Program-made: the position numbers and the translations under genes
The notes under the pieces: model-generated
The model's input: only the letters and a program-made list of their open reading frames with translations
Database searches by the model: none
Told to the model about the DNA's origin: nothing
Assembly (NCBI RefSeq): GCF_009914755.1
Contig: NC_060947.1
From: the human T2T-CHM13v2.0 reference genome, Homo sapiens
Strand: one strand, 5' to 3'
Length of the DNA stretch: 64,000 nt
Shown here: positions 30,314-48,822 of the stretch, piece by piece
Layout: each line of letters begins with the position of its first letter
Numbering within the stretch: position 1 is the stretch's first letter

Positions 30314-30829
30314 TCCCCCACTACTGAAGAACACAAAAGAAGACTTGAGCAAATGAAAAGACACACTAGGTTGAGGATAAGGGGACCCAATATCAAAAAG
30401 ACATCAATTCTCCCTCTGTTAATTTCTAAATAGGACAGTGTTTAAAATGCAAATAGGAACAAGGAAAGGTATGGGAAGGAGCAAAGCTCAGCAAACAGTA
30501 GAGGATGGGCCAGTGGCCTGAGCAGGCCTGGCACCAAGAAGCAGTCCCTGTTCAGTTGGCCCCAACCTGGTCACTCACCACCTACAGCTCCAGCATGCAG
30601 CCTTCCCCCTCCACCTGTGTCCACTCCCATCCTCCCAGCCAGCTCTCCATTGAGGAATATCACCGAGCATTACCAGACACTGGGAAAAAACCAGCAGCCT
30701 CTACTCATTTATCCAACAGCTGGTTACCGACGAGCATGAACAGGTGCCCAGCTCTCATTTCAGCCCTGAGAAACATCCTCGAATGAGGTGGCTGCAGCTG
30801 ACGACCTCACAGAGCAGAGTTCTAGTGGG

Positions 30830-31225
30830 AGAGGTACATCCATGTAGTGGAATATAATCCAGCCACAAAAAGGAACAAAGACGCATTGATCCATGCTACA
30901 ACCTGGATAAGCCTTGAAAACATGATGCTAAGTGAAACGAGTCAGTTGCAAAAAGCCACATACGGTATGAGTCCACTTACAAGAAATGTCCAGAATAGGC
31001 AAATCCATACAGACTAGAAGTAAATTCGTGGTTGCCCAGGGTTGTGAGGTGGGACAAATATGGAGTGACTGCTTAATAGATACAGGGTCTCTTTTTGCAG
31101 TGATGAAAGTGTTTCAGAGCTGGTGAGAGACGCACAGCCTTGTGAACGCACTAAATGCCATTGAATTGCACACTTTAAAATGGTCAATTGTATGGGATGT
31201 GAATTATATCTCAATTTTTTTAAAG
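30830..31225 (+). mobile_element. L1MB 3' UTR
   Basis: CCATGCTACAACCTGGATAAGCCTTGAAAACAT...GAATTATATCTCAAT. Confidence 0.85.
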
Positions 31226-32809
31226 CCATAAAAAATGAAAAGTCCATTTCAGGATCCTACATTCACAGGGAAGGTAGCATAAAGATGATTCTAGTGAGAC
31301 ACTGCAGGGAATCGGGTTGGAGTCTACCATCTAAAACTGAGGCTGGTCTGCATAACAGGAAGGGAGAAGAGGAATGAGAAGGAGCCAAGCACCCAGAGCA
31401 TGAGATGGGGAAGAGATGAGTCACATGCCTGGCTCACTATAAATACACCTGGCCTCCAACCAGGGCCTGAGCCTGACTACCCAAACATGAAACAGGATGT
31501 ACCTTCCAGGGACCAGGGTGCCCTGCTTGAACACAAGTTCTGAACCTGCTGCTGTGATTCAAGTTTCTGCAAATTCAATCCTATTTCCAATGACCTAAGG
31601 AGCTTTCATTTCAAAGGAAATCCTGCAGTGAATGCTTTTCATAGGGTTATAGAACCAGGAAGTTAGCATGGGACCATTTAGTCACCATAAACCAAAGACC
31701 TATGGAGTACCAGGTACTAGAGGAGACAGAAAGATTAGAAAACCAGAGTTCTTGGCCTCGGTCTAGTGGCAGAGACATTTAAACAAATGGGGCTATGAGA
31801 GCCTCACACGTGAGGTGCTACCTGATGCCAGCAGCAGCCACTAGCTCTGCCTGCAGGCTTTTAGGGAGTAGGTAGCATTGGAGCTAGGCTCAGAGACGTG
31901 AGCAGCCATTCTCTGGGAGCAGAGGGAGATGGCCTTCAGGCAGAGGAAACCTCCTGAGTCAGGTCTTAGTGGTTTAGTAGCCCATCATTCTCAGAATAGG
32001 AAGATGCTAGTGAGGAAGAAGGAATTGGGAGAGTGGGAACAGAGTGTGTGGCAAGGAACAGCCACAGGAAAAGAGGAAGGCAGGTGAGAAAGGCCAGTGG
32101 GAAGAGTTCAGAGGGGCTGCAGGAGTAAGAGGGTTCTGAGATGACCTACATGTGTCCCCTAGCCTACAGGCTAGAAGGATGGCACCATCCACCAAATGGG
32201 GGGCGGGGGCGGGGGCGGGGGAAGTATCGCAGGAGAGGGAGCCTTCAGGAGAAATGCCACACCCAGGTTTGCACCTGGCAGGCTTGAGGCCTCATTCTTC
32301 TGACTCCTCTACTGGCTTTGATGTCACTGGGCAACCTTCCTTGAAACACTTTGTCCTAAACCTCTGCAACATTTTCCTCCTCTGAATCTTGTCCTATCTC
32401 ACTCATCACTCCTACTTGGTGGCCTTCACTGATCTGGCTCTGTCTAGCTCTTCAATTTCGGTGTTCCCCAGAAAGACAGAAATCTTTCATGTTCCCCCAT
32501 TCTCCCAGACTGATTCCACCTGTTCCTATGATTTTAGTTTTTATTTTAGCTCCCCTCCACAAACTAGGTCCCCACACTCAGAGTGGCTCCCAAGCTCTGA
32601 ACCCAGGCCTTCCTGCCAGGCATCTCTCTCTATCTGATCAATTACATTGAGATCTGTTTAAATACTTCAGTGTTTACTGCCACCTCTTTCCTCCCTTGGC
32701 CTCCCCTTTTCTGAGTACAACCCTCTTGCTTGGCTGTTTTATACTATTAAGTAGATGTCTCCAGGAGGGTTGCTGAGTGACATGTAATTCCTAAAGCATT
32801 ATATTATTT

Positions 32810-33800
32810 AATTGAAATTTTTATTGAGATAATTACAGATTCACAGACAGGTATAAGAAATAATACAAAGAGATCCCTTGTACACTTAGCTCAGTTTACT
32901 TTACACAAATATCACACTATGCAAAATTATAGTGCACTATCACAATCAGGATGCTGACATTGATATAACCACACATCGTATTCAGAATTTCCCCAGTTTT
33001 ACTTGCACTCATTTGTGCGTGTTCATTAAGTTCTATACAACTTTTCACATGAGTGAGTCATGTAACCACCACCATAGTCAAGATAAAGAACAAGTTTAAT
33101 CCCCATAAGGATCCCCTGTACTGCCCTTTTATAAGAGTACCTACCTCTCTCCCACCTCCTCTTTCCCCCACACCTGTCCCTAACCCCTGAAAACCACTAC
33201 TCTGTTCTCCATCTCTATAATAGTGTTACTCCAAGAATGTCACATTAGAATCATGCAGTATGTGTTTGATATGGTTTGGCTGTGTCCCCACCCAAATCTC
33301 ATCTTGAATTCCCATGTGATGTGGGAGGGACCTGGTGGGAGGTAACTGAATCATTGGGGCAGGTCTTTTCTGTGCTGTTCTCATGATGGTGAGTAAGTCT
33401 CACAAGATCTGACAGTTTTATGAGAAAGAGTTTCCCTGCACAAGCTCTCTCTTTGCCTGCCACCATCCATGTAAGATGTGACTTGCTCCTCCTTGCCTTC
33501 TGCCCTGATGTGAGGCCTCTCCAGCCACGTGGAATTGTAAGTCCATTAAACCTCTTTCTTTTGTAAATTGCCCAGTCTCAGGTATGTCTTTATCAGCAGC
33601 ATGAAAACAGACTAATACAGAATTCTTCTAAGACTGCCTTTGTTCATGTCGCATGATGCATTTGAGATCCATCCAGGTTGTTGTGGTGTCAATAGTTTGT
33701 TCTTTTTTATTACTGAGTTGTATTCCATGGTATGAGACATGTGGGCTGATTCCAGTGTTTGGCAATTAGGAATAAAGCTGTTATGAACATGTGTGTACAG
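32810..33800 (-). mobile_element. L1MC/MB 3' region interrupted by THE1
   Basis: AAGAAATAATACAAAGAGATCCC; GAGATCCATCCAGGTTGTTG. Confidence 0.75.
33267..33619 (+). mobile_element. THE1 (THE1B-like) solo LTR
   Basis: TGATATGGTTTGGCTGTGTCCCCACCCAAATCTCATCTTGAATT...GAAAACAGACTAATACA. Confidence 0.92.
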
Positions 33801-34638
33801 GAAGCCTTACATTTTTCAGAATGCTTTTGTGTTGCCTCTCCATGAGAATGACAACTTAGATCACACACTTTTGCCCTCTAAGTTAGTAGAGGCATTACCC
33901 CAATTTCTTCTGGCATCAAATATTGTCACGAAGAAGGGTGAAGTGAACCTGAGTTCTTTTCTTCTAATAGGTGATTTGCTCCTTCTGCCTAGTTTCTTTT
34001 AAAAATGTTCACCAAAAGAGATCACCTCACTAACTTAATCAAGGAAAAAAAGGGCTGACATAAATTAGGAATGAGAAAATAGTAACTACTAATACAAAAC
34101 AAATCAAAATAATGGTAAGACAAAGCTTTATACAGCTCCATTCTCATGAATGGGAAAAATCTAGCTTTATTTATTGATTACCTCTTTCATTTATTTGACA
34201 AATATCTACCAACACCTAGCATGTGCCTTATCCTGTTCTAGGTCCTGGGAATATAACAGTGAACAAAACAGATTTTTTAAATCCTGCCTTTATGAAACTT
34301 ATATTCAACTAGATGAAATGGTTATCATCATAGAAATACACACATTTTCAAAATTTAGTCAGGAAGAAAGACAAAAATCTAAACAGAGAAAATGCCACGG
34401 GGAAGAACAGGAAAGTTGTCTTTGAATTACCTCTTTAAAAGAATCAACCTAGGCTCAGTCCACAAAAGAATTATGTCAGTCCTCAAAAGACAGATAATTT
34501 CTCTCCTGTTCCAATTTTCCAGAGCAGAGAAATAAGAAAAACTGCCCATTTCTTTTAGTAACAGCTGGAAAAGGTAGTACAGAAAAACTATACTACAGTC
34601 TAATCTCACTTTTAAATACTGATATAAAAATCATATCT

Positions 34639-34790
34639 AGGTCAGGCATGGTGGCTCATGCCTATATTCCCAGTACTTTGGGAGGCCAATGCAGGAGGAC
34701 TGCTTGAGCCCAAGTGATCGAAACCAGCATGGACAACATAGCGAGACCCTGTCTCTTAATAAAAAAAAAAAAAAAAGAAAGAAAGAAACA
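34639..34790 (+). mobile_element. FLAM Alu monomer
   Basis: Single left arm + poly(A). Confidence 0.88.
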
Positions 34791-35178
34791 AAAAAGTCAT
34801 AAATATACAGAAAAACTATTGATAGAATTTACTACATTAACAGGTTAAATAGAAGCAGAGAGACCTTGGGAGACACCAAAGGACCACTTGATAAAATTTG
34901 GCATCCAATTCTGATTTTTTAAAAAGACAAATCCTTAGTAAAAATAGGAGTCAGGATTTATCCTTAATGTGATAAAAATACATATCACAAACTAAAGTCA
35001 AGAACAAGCAAAGAGACTATTAGCACCACTATTATTTAATAGCCAGTAGAATCAGATAAGAGAACCAGATAAGTGATTATAAAGGGAAAAATATTGGAAG
35101 AGGAAAGTCATCACTATTTGCAGATAATATGGTTATATACCTGGAAATGCCAACAGAATCAAGAGCAAAACTAGGAAA

Positions 35179-35472
<294 letters not shown>

Positions 35473-35550
35473 CTAAAAATACACAAAACAATAAAACTAG
35501 GAGAAATAAAAATAAAAAGATTGTTAGGTAAAGTGGCTAACGAAGAATGC

Positions 35551-35592
35551 TAGGCACTCCAGGCTGGGTAACAGAGTAAGACCTTATCTCAA

Positions 35593-35643
<51 letters not shown>
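35551..35643 (+). repeat. Alu 3' stub followed by (CA)n microsatellite
   Basis: GCACTCCAGGCTGGGTAACAGAGTAAGACC then about 25 CA units. Confidence 0.9.
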
Positions 35644-35692
35644 AGTAGCTTTCTCAGACACCAACAATCCTCACTTAGAGAACATAGTAGGG

Positions 35693-36159
<467 letters not shown>

Positions 36160-37262
36160 TTAATACTACTAAAAAAAAAAAAGAAGGAAAGAAAAGAAAA
36201 AAAAAAGGAAAAAAATGTTGATTTTCCTAAGACTCTCACCTAGTCAATGCAAGTGCAATCGGAATCCCAACGGACTTTTTTTAAAAACTTGACTCTAAAG
36301 TATATGTGAATAAAATGCATGGGAAGATAAATTTCAAAACAAGAGTAATTTTTTAAAGGCCTGCCCCTATCAGATTCTAAAATTTCTGCAATTTATTAAT
36401 CAAAGCAACATTTAAATACATTTTTTAAATTGCAGTACACATATGACCCAGCTCATCATTAACTGTTTACATTCAATGCTTGACCCCAATATCAATTCAA
36501 AGGTCATTGGGGTCCATTATTTGGATATCACTAATGTAGACATTTCCTGCTACCAACTCTAAATAAGCAGTTCTATGCCACATTGCTACCATTGCCTGCT
36601 CTCTATCAAGCTAATTTAAGGACTTTCTTATATACATTCTCCCAAATAACAACTCTACAGCAAGGAGTGAGGTCACCCCTTCCTTCCAATTCCACTCATC
36701 AGAGAGGTCACTGGTATCAATGATTTGGGACCTGCTACTTCAATAATCAACCTAAAAAATACAGGTACCCTGGTGGCCGTAGAGAAACCTTCCAGTAGAC
36801 AAGAGGGGAAGATGACAGAAGTCACACTCCAGTTTGACTGAGAATTGAAGGCAGATGAGGTAGAAAGGTAGGGAGTGGAGACCTAAAGGAGAAAGGAGAT
36901 AAGATACTAGCTTATTAAAAGGGAGGCAGAGGAAAGAGAGATGTTGAAGGATGAAGGAAAACTTTAGCTTTTTAGGTGAGTGGAAAGAATTAAGAAAAGG
37001 GAGAAGGTGGCAATTGAAAACATAGAGCAGAAGTGTTGAATTTGACCAATAAGGTCCCTGCTCTCAAGTAGGAAGATGCATTTATAAAGGAATGATATAC
37101 CATGAAGTACCTGGCAACAGATAAATCTAACAAGAAACATGAAGGACTCACCGTGATTCAGGGTATGGCCAGGGCCTCCTGGTTCCAGGTTTAGTGCCCT
37201 TTGCCTTAAACAGAATTTTACTCCAGAACACATGATCTAATGAGCACATAAAAGGATGCCCA

Positions 37263-38335
<1,073 letters not shown>

Positions 38336-39259
38336 AGAAAATGGAACTGTTTTAACATGTGGGAGGAGAAAGGAAATTAATCCTCTACACAAAAAAGCCT
38401 TCTGTAGTTTAGAGGCAGTGGATATAAAGGACGCATCTGTGACTTGGGGCAAGTCTCTTTGTGACTTTCTACCACTATTTTCTCTTCTAAAAAGAAGATT
38501 GGGGCCTTCCAAGAAACCCACCCTCACTCTCTAGTTACCTCTCTGAATTTCCTGTCTCCTAGGTTCTGTCATGGTTGTTCTTAGAATCTTGTCAGTACTT
38601 CAATGTACTTCAATGCTTGAGGGCTGCAGTCACCTGGCTGTTGACCTGCTTCCTGAGGCTGTCCTCTCCTGACTTCCAGTACCCTTCCTCCTAGCGAGAG
38701 GGAGCTAGAGCGAGTGAGAGGGAGCTGCCTGGCTGTGGCTGGGTTCTCTCTTCACCCCAAGTCATCCTGCCCTTGGTCCCTTGACCTCCTTCCTCCTCTC
38801 CAGTGTCCTTCATGCTCTCATTTCACTTCATCCCACACTGGACAAGAAACTGTCCCGCCTTGGAAATCCCACTCTGTGGCCTTGGCTCTATCTTCCCACT
38901 CGTGGCCCAACCTATACCCCAGCAGGCCTGCAGAGCCTGCCAGGCCACCCTCAGGAATCCTTTCTGGTCCTCCTCAAACCTTCAATGGGCTCTACCTCCT
39001 TTGCCACCTGGCACAGTCCCAGCTAGGTCATCGCAGAGATTGTAGCCAGAGCCAGCAATACCTGTCACAATGCTCTGCCCCTGCCCTGCCAATCCTCAAC
39101 TTTGAAAAGAGAACCCACTCTCCCAACCCCACTGGACCAGGAGCTCCTTGAAACACAGTCAGTGCCCGCATCACCATTGGTCCAGCACCAAGCAAGATGC
39201 CTGGTGCATACACAGCACTCAATTAACAGTTCTTGGAGGGAACTGACCAGGAATGGTGA

Positions 39260-39753
<494 letters not shown>

Positions 39754-40082
39754 ACTACTCTTTCCAATCTTAACTCTCTACCTGGCTCCTCATATACTCA
39801 GCACAAGACCTTGTTTCCTCCTCCAGGGAAAAGACCAAGGCCATTAGGCAGGATGGCTCCACGTGCCCTTCAGCCATCCCATGTGTACGTGTAATAAGAG
39901 TGACAAGAGTTAACATTAACTGAGCACCAAGGTTTAGACTCTCTCTCTCCTGCCTCTCCCTCCCACCCTGTAACTAGAAATAATGTTCATCCAAATATTA
40001 TGTACAAAGATATTTAATGAAATGTCATTTATAACAGCAAAGACCTAGAGTCAACCTAAATATTCATCAAAAATTATATTCA

Positions 40083-40330
40083 GGCTGGACGCAGTGGCTC
40101 ACGCCTGTAATCCTAGCACTTTGGGAGGCCAAGGGAGGCTGATCACTTGAGGTCAGGAGTTCGAGACCAGCCTGGCCAACATGGTGAAACCCCATCTCTA
40201 CTAAAAATACTAAAAATTAGCCAGAAATCACTTGAACCCGGGAGGCGGAAGTTGCAGTCAGCCAAGACTATGGCACTGCACTCCAGACTGGGCAACAAGA
40301 GCCAGACTCCACCTCAAAAAATAAAAAAAA
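40083..40330 (+). mobile_element. AluS with internal deletion in the right arm
   Basis: AAAATTAGCCAG joined directly to AAATCACTTGAACCC; TSD AAAAATTATATTCA. Confidence 0.92.
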
Positions 40331-40483
40331 ATTATATTCAAAACATGTTTTAACTATAATACATAAGATACTCTCACAATATAATTTGTGCTTCTAGTAA
40401 TGGCAAAATAGATTATTTGGACCAATCTTCCCATTACAAACAACTAAAATGGTTGATTCTAAAATATCATTTTAAAACATTTA

Positions 40484-40868
<385 letters not shown>

Positions 40869-41754
40869 CCATGACAACCCATAAAAGACAGTGGAAAATC
40901 CAGGGAGGTAGGAGTCCATGCACATGCAGCCACAGGCTCTGAGGACATCTGCCAATCTGGACAAATTTTGACTTTGGTTTTGACAATCTTCCAAGGCAGG
41001 CAAAGGGGGCTGAAGAGCAGGCCCATGACCATTAAAGGAATGTAACAGAAAATTCTTCTCATATTAAGCTGGGACCCCAACGTGTTACACCCTTGGGGCA
41101 AGGGCGACTCAGAAACAAATATGCCCCTCCCAAATTCCACCCCCAGAGGATTGCAAGAAAGGCTGCCTTGATGATGGCAAAACAAAGCGAAAATGGTAGA
41201 AACTTTAAGGTAGTCCCAGACTAATCACACAAGGCACCTGACAAAAACCAAACATAAATTCTTCTCTGGAAGAAGGCAAATTTACCCTAGACTTCAAAGA
41301 TTCCCCAGATATATATTTCAGTTACAATAAGCAGTACACAGCCAAAAAAATAAATAAATAAGTAAACCACCAAGCACACGAGGAAATAAAGAATCATGAG
41401 TGAGTATTAGTAGAAAAAGAATAAACAGGAAAATGAGCCAAAGACAACCAGGCAATTCATAAAAGAGGAAACCAAACTGGAAGATAAACATAGGAAAAGA
41501 TGTTCAACCTCATTAGTAACCAGAAAGATGCAAACGAAACCATTACAATATTATAAAAAGCCCCAGTAGGCTAAATATCATAGTCAAGTCTGACAATACC
41601 AAGCGCTGGTGAGGCTGGCACAACTTTTTTACACTGCTGGTAGGAATATAAATTGGTACAACCATTTTGGAAGACAGTTTAGTACCACCTCATAAAACTC
41701 AAGTTCCAAATACTGCATAACTCAGGAAATTCACTTCTAGGTATAACCCTAGAG

Positions 41755-42426
<672 letters not shown>

Positions 42427-42924
42427 CCCTAGAGAAACTTTTGCACATCTGCCTAAGAATGCTCCTGGCAGCACTACTTAAAATGGCCCCAAACTGGAAA
42501 TTATCCAAATGTTCATTAATAAGAGAATGAATTAAAAAACAACTTGTGATATAGTCAAACAGTGGAATAACATATAGCAACGAAAACAAATGAACTACAG
42601 TGACACACAACAGATCGACAATAATGTTGGGGGAAAGACAAAACAGATTACACATGGTGTGATCCCATTTCTACAAGGTTAGAAGACAGGTAAAACAAAA
42701 CTATATGATTTATGGCTGCATACATAGGTGGCAGAGTATAAAGTAAAGGGAGAAAATGACCGCACAAAAGTCGGTAGTGTCTACCTCTACAGGGAGGGAG
42801 GGGGCTGTGACTGGGAGGGGCACACAGGGGTCTGTACAAGTGTTGTCAACATTCTATTTCTCGACCTGGTCGGTGGTGACACAGGTTTTCATTTTATACA
42901 TTTTTGTTAAACTTTACATATATG

Positions 42925-43038
42925 GCTGAGACAGGAATATTGCTTGAGGCCAGGAATTCAGACAAGCCTGGGAAACACAGTGAGACTCCACTTCTACAAA
43001 AAAACAACAACAACAAAAAAACAACAACAACAACAACA
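42925..43038 (+). mobile_element. Truncated Alu monomer with (CAA)n tail
   Basis: TSD AAACTTTACATATA. Confidence 0.8.
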
Positions 43039-43882
43039 AAAACTTTACATATAGGCTTTTCATGTTTTTCTATATCTGTTATATTTCACAATACAGGTGA
43101 AAACTATATACAGTTTGATGCCAATAATGTGAAATACATATTTCAGCATGGAAAAAATTATTGGCATACTGTATTCTAACATGCTAACAGTGGTTATCCC
43201 TAGGTAACGAGGTTTGTGTCTTCTCTACACTTCTCCACATTTCCCACGTTTACTACGAAGAGTATGTATTACTCTTGTAATTGTGTACACATTTGGTATG
43301 TCAGACTTTATTACAATTTTTAGTCTACCGGAGGGTATATAATGTTATCTTATTATAGTTTAATTTGCATCTCTCCGATTACTAATGAGGCTGATCATCT
43401 TTTTATATGTTTATTGTGCAATTTGATTTCTACCTATATGAATTGCCTGGTCAAATTTTTGGCTCATTTTGCTGTTTATTCTTTTTCACTGGTTCGCAGA
43501 AAATCATTAAATGCATTAAAAAAGACAAGGTCACCATCTAAAATGGAAACTAATAAGGGTGAACATAAAAGAGATGAGACGAGCCATCTGTGGAAATCTA
43601 TGCAGAAAATAACTAACTACACAGATTGGTGATGCATATGGTCTCACTAGGGTGACCTGAAAGCTCATCAAGGAGTCTAAGGTATGTTCCTAGAGTTGCC
43701 TGAGCTTAGAACTTGCCCTGTAGAGAAGAAAAAAATAGAACTGTCTGAGCTGATACCAATGCACAAGACTGGCTGAGACCTGACTTATTCCAACATGTCT
43801 GTCCTGGGCAATGTGACGATGGCAGAAAACTTTAGTGACTCGTGAACAATACTGAAAACAGAGCGATATTTCAAAGAATATA

Positions 43883-44242
43883 TAGTCATGTGGCCACATA
43901 GCAATATATTTCAGCCAAATGATGGGCTGCATATACGATGGTGGTACCATAAGATTGTAACTGGGACCCTAGTTATTCTTATCACTTAGTGACATGGTAG
44001 CCATCATAACATGGTAGCACAACACATTACCTTTTCTATGTTTAGATGCATGAATGCTTGCCTTTGTATTACAACTGCCTACAGTATTCAGTACAGTCAC
44101 ATTGCTGTACAGGTTTGTAGCCTAGGGGCATGTAGTAGGCTATACCATCTATGCTTACGTAAGTACACTCCATGACGTTCACACAATGAGATCACATGAC
44201 ATTTCTCAGAACATCTCTCCATTGTTAAGCAAGGCATGGCTG
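43883..44242. mobile_element. Tigger3-family (TcMar) MITE
   Basis: TIRs TAGTCATG...CATGGCTG with TA flanks; CATATACGATGGTGGTACCATAAGATT; CCTACAGTATTCAGTACAG. Confidence 0.8.
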
Positions 44243-44258
44243 TATCCGTCTTTACAGT

Positions 44259-44493
44259 CGTGGTTCTCAACAAGGGGTGATTCGCCACCCCCCACCCCCT
44301 AGGGGACACTCGGCAATGTCTGGAGTTATTTTTGGTTGACAAGACTAGGGAGGGGTGTACTACCCGCATCTAGTGGGCAGAAGCCAAGGATGCTGCTAAA
44401 CATCCTCCAACACACAGGACACCCACCCGCCTTATCCCTTGCAGAACAATTATCTGGTCCAAAGGTCAGCAGTGCCATGGTTGAAAAACTCTG
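44259..44493 (+). mobile_element. MER20 hAT MITE
   Basis: GTGGTTCTCAAC...GGCAATGTCTGGAG...GGATGCTGCTAAACATCCT...GTTGAAAAACTCTG. Confidence 0.88.
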
Positions 44494-44521
44494 CTCAATA
44501 GTCTATCTAGGAGAGTGCTCA

Positions 44522-45273
<752 letters not shown>

Positions 45274-45640
45274 TCAGAAGGAGGCCTCCCTCACGGAGAA
45301 AGCCTGTACAAATAAGATCACTTGGAGCCCACAGAACATCAGTGCTGAAGGGCTCTCAGAATCAGCTGATCCATCCCCCGCTCAGAGAGAGAGAACCCGA
45401 CCGCTGAGGACAGCAGCATGGCGTCACAGGAAGGAACAGAAAATGAAGAGGCACACACGGAGCTAGGCTACTAACTGGACACTAACAAATATACCTCATG
45501 GTGATTATTTCATAAAGAACTAGAGAGGTGAGAGAAGTCGCCATCACAATAGAGCTACAAGTAGTTACTCCCAGCTAGGAGAACTGGGATACGCTCCAGG
45601 GAGGGAGCAATATTTCAGCAGGACCCAGAAATGTGAGATT

Positions 45641-46630
45641 TGTGCGGCAGTTTTAAATGATGGCTAAGAATTCTTTGACACTCTTCCCTTAAGAGGTAGG
45701 ATATATGTTCTCACTTTGAATCCAGACTACCCTCAACTGACTCATAACCTATGGAATTCAATGAAAGTCACGCTGGTAACTTCTGGGGCCAAGTCATAAA
45801 AGACCATGATCTAGGCATATATCCCAAAGAACTGAAAACAGTTGTTCAAACAAAGACTTGTGCACAAATGTCCACAGCAGCACTACTCACAATAGCCAAA
45901 GGGTGGAAACAACCCAAATGTCCATCAGCTGATGGCTGGACAAGCAAAACATGGTCTACCCGTACAATAGAATACTATTCAACCATAAGAAGAAATGGAG
46001 TACTGATCCACGCTACAACAGGCAGGAACTCAGAAAATATCATGCTAAGTGAAATAAGCCAGTCACAAAAGGACAAATACTACCTGATTCCGTTGCTATG
46101 AAATGTCCAGAATGGGCAAATCCAGATAGGAAGCAGATGAGCCAGTGCCAGGGGTTAGGGGAGGGGGAATGATGATGATCACACAAAAAAAGTATTTAAT
46201 GCCACTGAACTGTGTGCCTTAAAATGGTTAAAATGGTAAATGTTATGTGTATTTTACCACAATTTTTAAAAGGTTTCTAAGCCCATCTGTTTTCTACCTT
46301 GTCTACTGGAATGTTCATGCTTAGAACCTGAAGGGGCTATGTAAGAAGTTCAAATACAGTTGCCTTGCTATAAGGAAGCTCAAACCAGAGAGGCCACATT
46401 TGGGTGTTCCAGTGGACAGCCCCAGCTAAGCCCATCCTTTATGACATGTGAGTAAAAAAAAACCTCCAGATGATTCTAGCCCCCAGCCATTTGAGTCCTC
46501 CTAGCTGAGGTCCTAGATACAGTAGAGCAGAGACAGCCATCCTTGCTGCATTATCCTAATTCCCAACCTATGGAGTCTAAGAGCATAGTAAACAGTTGTT
46601 TCAAGCCACTAATGTGTGGAGGTTCATTAT
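45641..46630 (+). mobile_element. Old MLT1 (F/G-like) LTR interrupted by an L1MB 3' piece (~45808-46270)
   Basis: AATTCTTTGACACTCTTCCCTTAAGAGG; TTCAAGCCACTAATGTGTGGAGG...GCAGCAATAG; the nested L1 yields the ORF2 C-terminal peptide GIYPKELKT. Confidence 0.75.
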
Positions 46631-47446
46631 GCAGCAATAGGCGACAGCAACGGCCTTCAACCTGGGAGAAAGGGGGCAAGTGTCCTCTTGGCAGATAGCA
46701 CTACAGCAATAATGGAATCCTTGTGTGTCTTTTAAGATACATGTGACTATGTATAGTTGCTTCCAGGTCTGTCTGGACTTTAATCTCCTTGAGGGCAGGT
46801 GCATGTTTTACCCTGCTCTGTTTCACCCACAGTGCCCCCACACGGGTCCTGGCTGCTCATTCAGGATAAGGCCTGCTGCCTGCCATCTGCCCTTCAGATC
46901 CACTCTCTGTGTCCCAGGCCACTGACCGGTATGAGCTTCATCAAAGGGCTTCTTTGTCCTCTGGCCTCCCTGGGGTTAGCCCATGGGTTTCCTTAGTATC
47001 TCAAGTGCCATTCACATCTCAGTTTTTTTTCCCCCACATTGCCCTTAGGCTGAAAGAAATACCCAATATAGTTCCACCATCCCAGGCTAGTTGAAGCAGC
47101 AATAAAAAAAAAAAAACAAAAGTAGAAGGTCAAAATGAGCCCCGGCTGTGCCTGGGCACTATTTTGGTGGAAATAAATTCCACACTGCAGTAATACTTCC
47201 TGTGGAGAGTATCACCTCTAATTTAGAAAATAATCCCAAATACAACCACCTAACAATGACAGCTAGATGTTTTCTAGCTTCTCCTCTACACAGATGTTCA
47301 CTGAACAGGGGTGTCATATCTATAGGATTCAACTACAGCAGTTTTCAAAGATATTTCTGCTGTAAAGCAGCAGAACGTTCTGACATCTTGTGAGAAGCCC
47401 GAGGTAGAAAACTAATAAAAACAAAGCTCAAAACTGGTTGAAGTGG

Positions 47447-48211
<765 letters not shown>

Positions 48212-48822
48212 TCAGGTGCACCCATTCCTGTCTGGTCCTCTCCCCACACCCCCGCCCCCACCTTGAGAGAGAGGGAATGGACACAATTAGCTGAAGCCAC
48301 AGCACTGGTAAGGGCAGCCAGGAGAAAGGCAGGCTGGCAGCACACTCCTCCTCGTCCTCAGCGAAGGGGCAAGTGCGGCCTGCACAAATCAGAAACCCTC
48401 TGTCTGCTGGCCCCAGGCTGCATCCTGCTTCAAGTGCGGCCATCAGGACTGGAGGAGAAGGGTGGGAAAGGCCTCTGGAGACAGCCAGTGGCCCCCACTG
48501 CAGGTGGCCTGCAACATGGGCCATGCTCCAAAGCAGAAGTGCAGGCTCCCATCCCCTTGTAAAGCAGTTTGGAATCAAATGCAAGCGCCAGAAATCCAGC
48601 TACCTTCCTGGGCCCTCAGATATGCTTCTAAACATTCATTGCTGCACCAAAAACATCATTACAACCCAATTTTCTGCACATTTATTTTAAAATGCTGAAC
48701 TTAGAGCATTCTAGGGATTGATTTTAAAATGGTAAAACTGAAACAATGTAAGGAAATATCACATACTAGTTTTCCAAACAAGGAAGAGGATGCTAGTATC
48801 TAACTCTTAGCTTCTTACTAGC

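Noticed and set aside
36482-36514. Inverted repeat GACCCCAAT...ATTGGGGTC
   Set aside because: A 9-bp stem is expected by chance in 64 kb and is too short for a pre-miRNA
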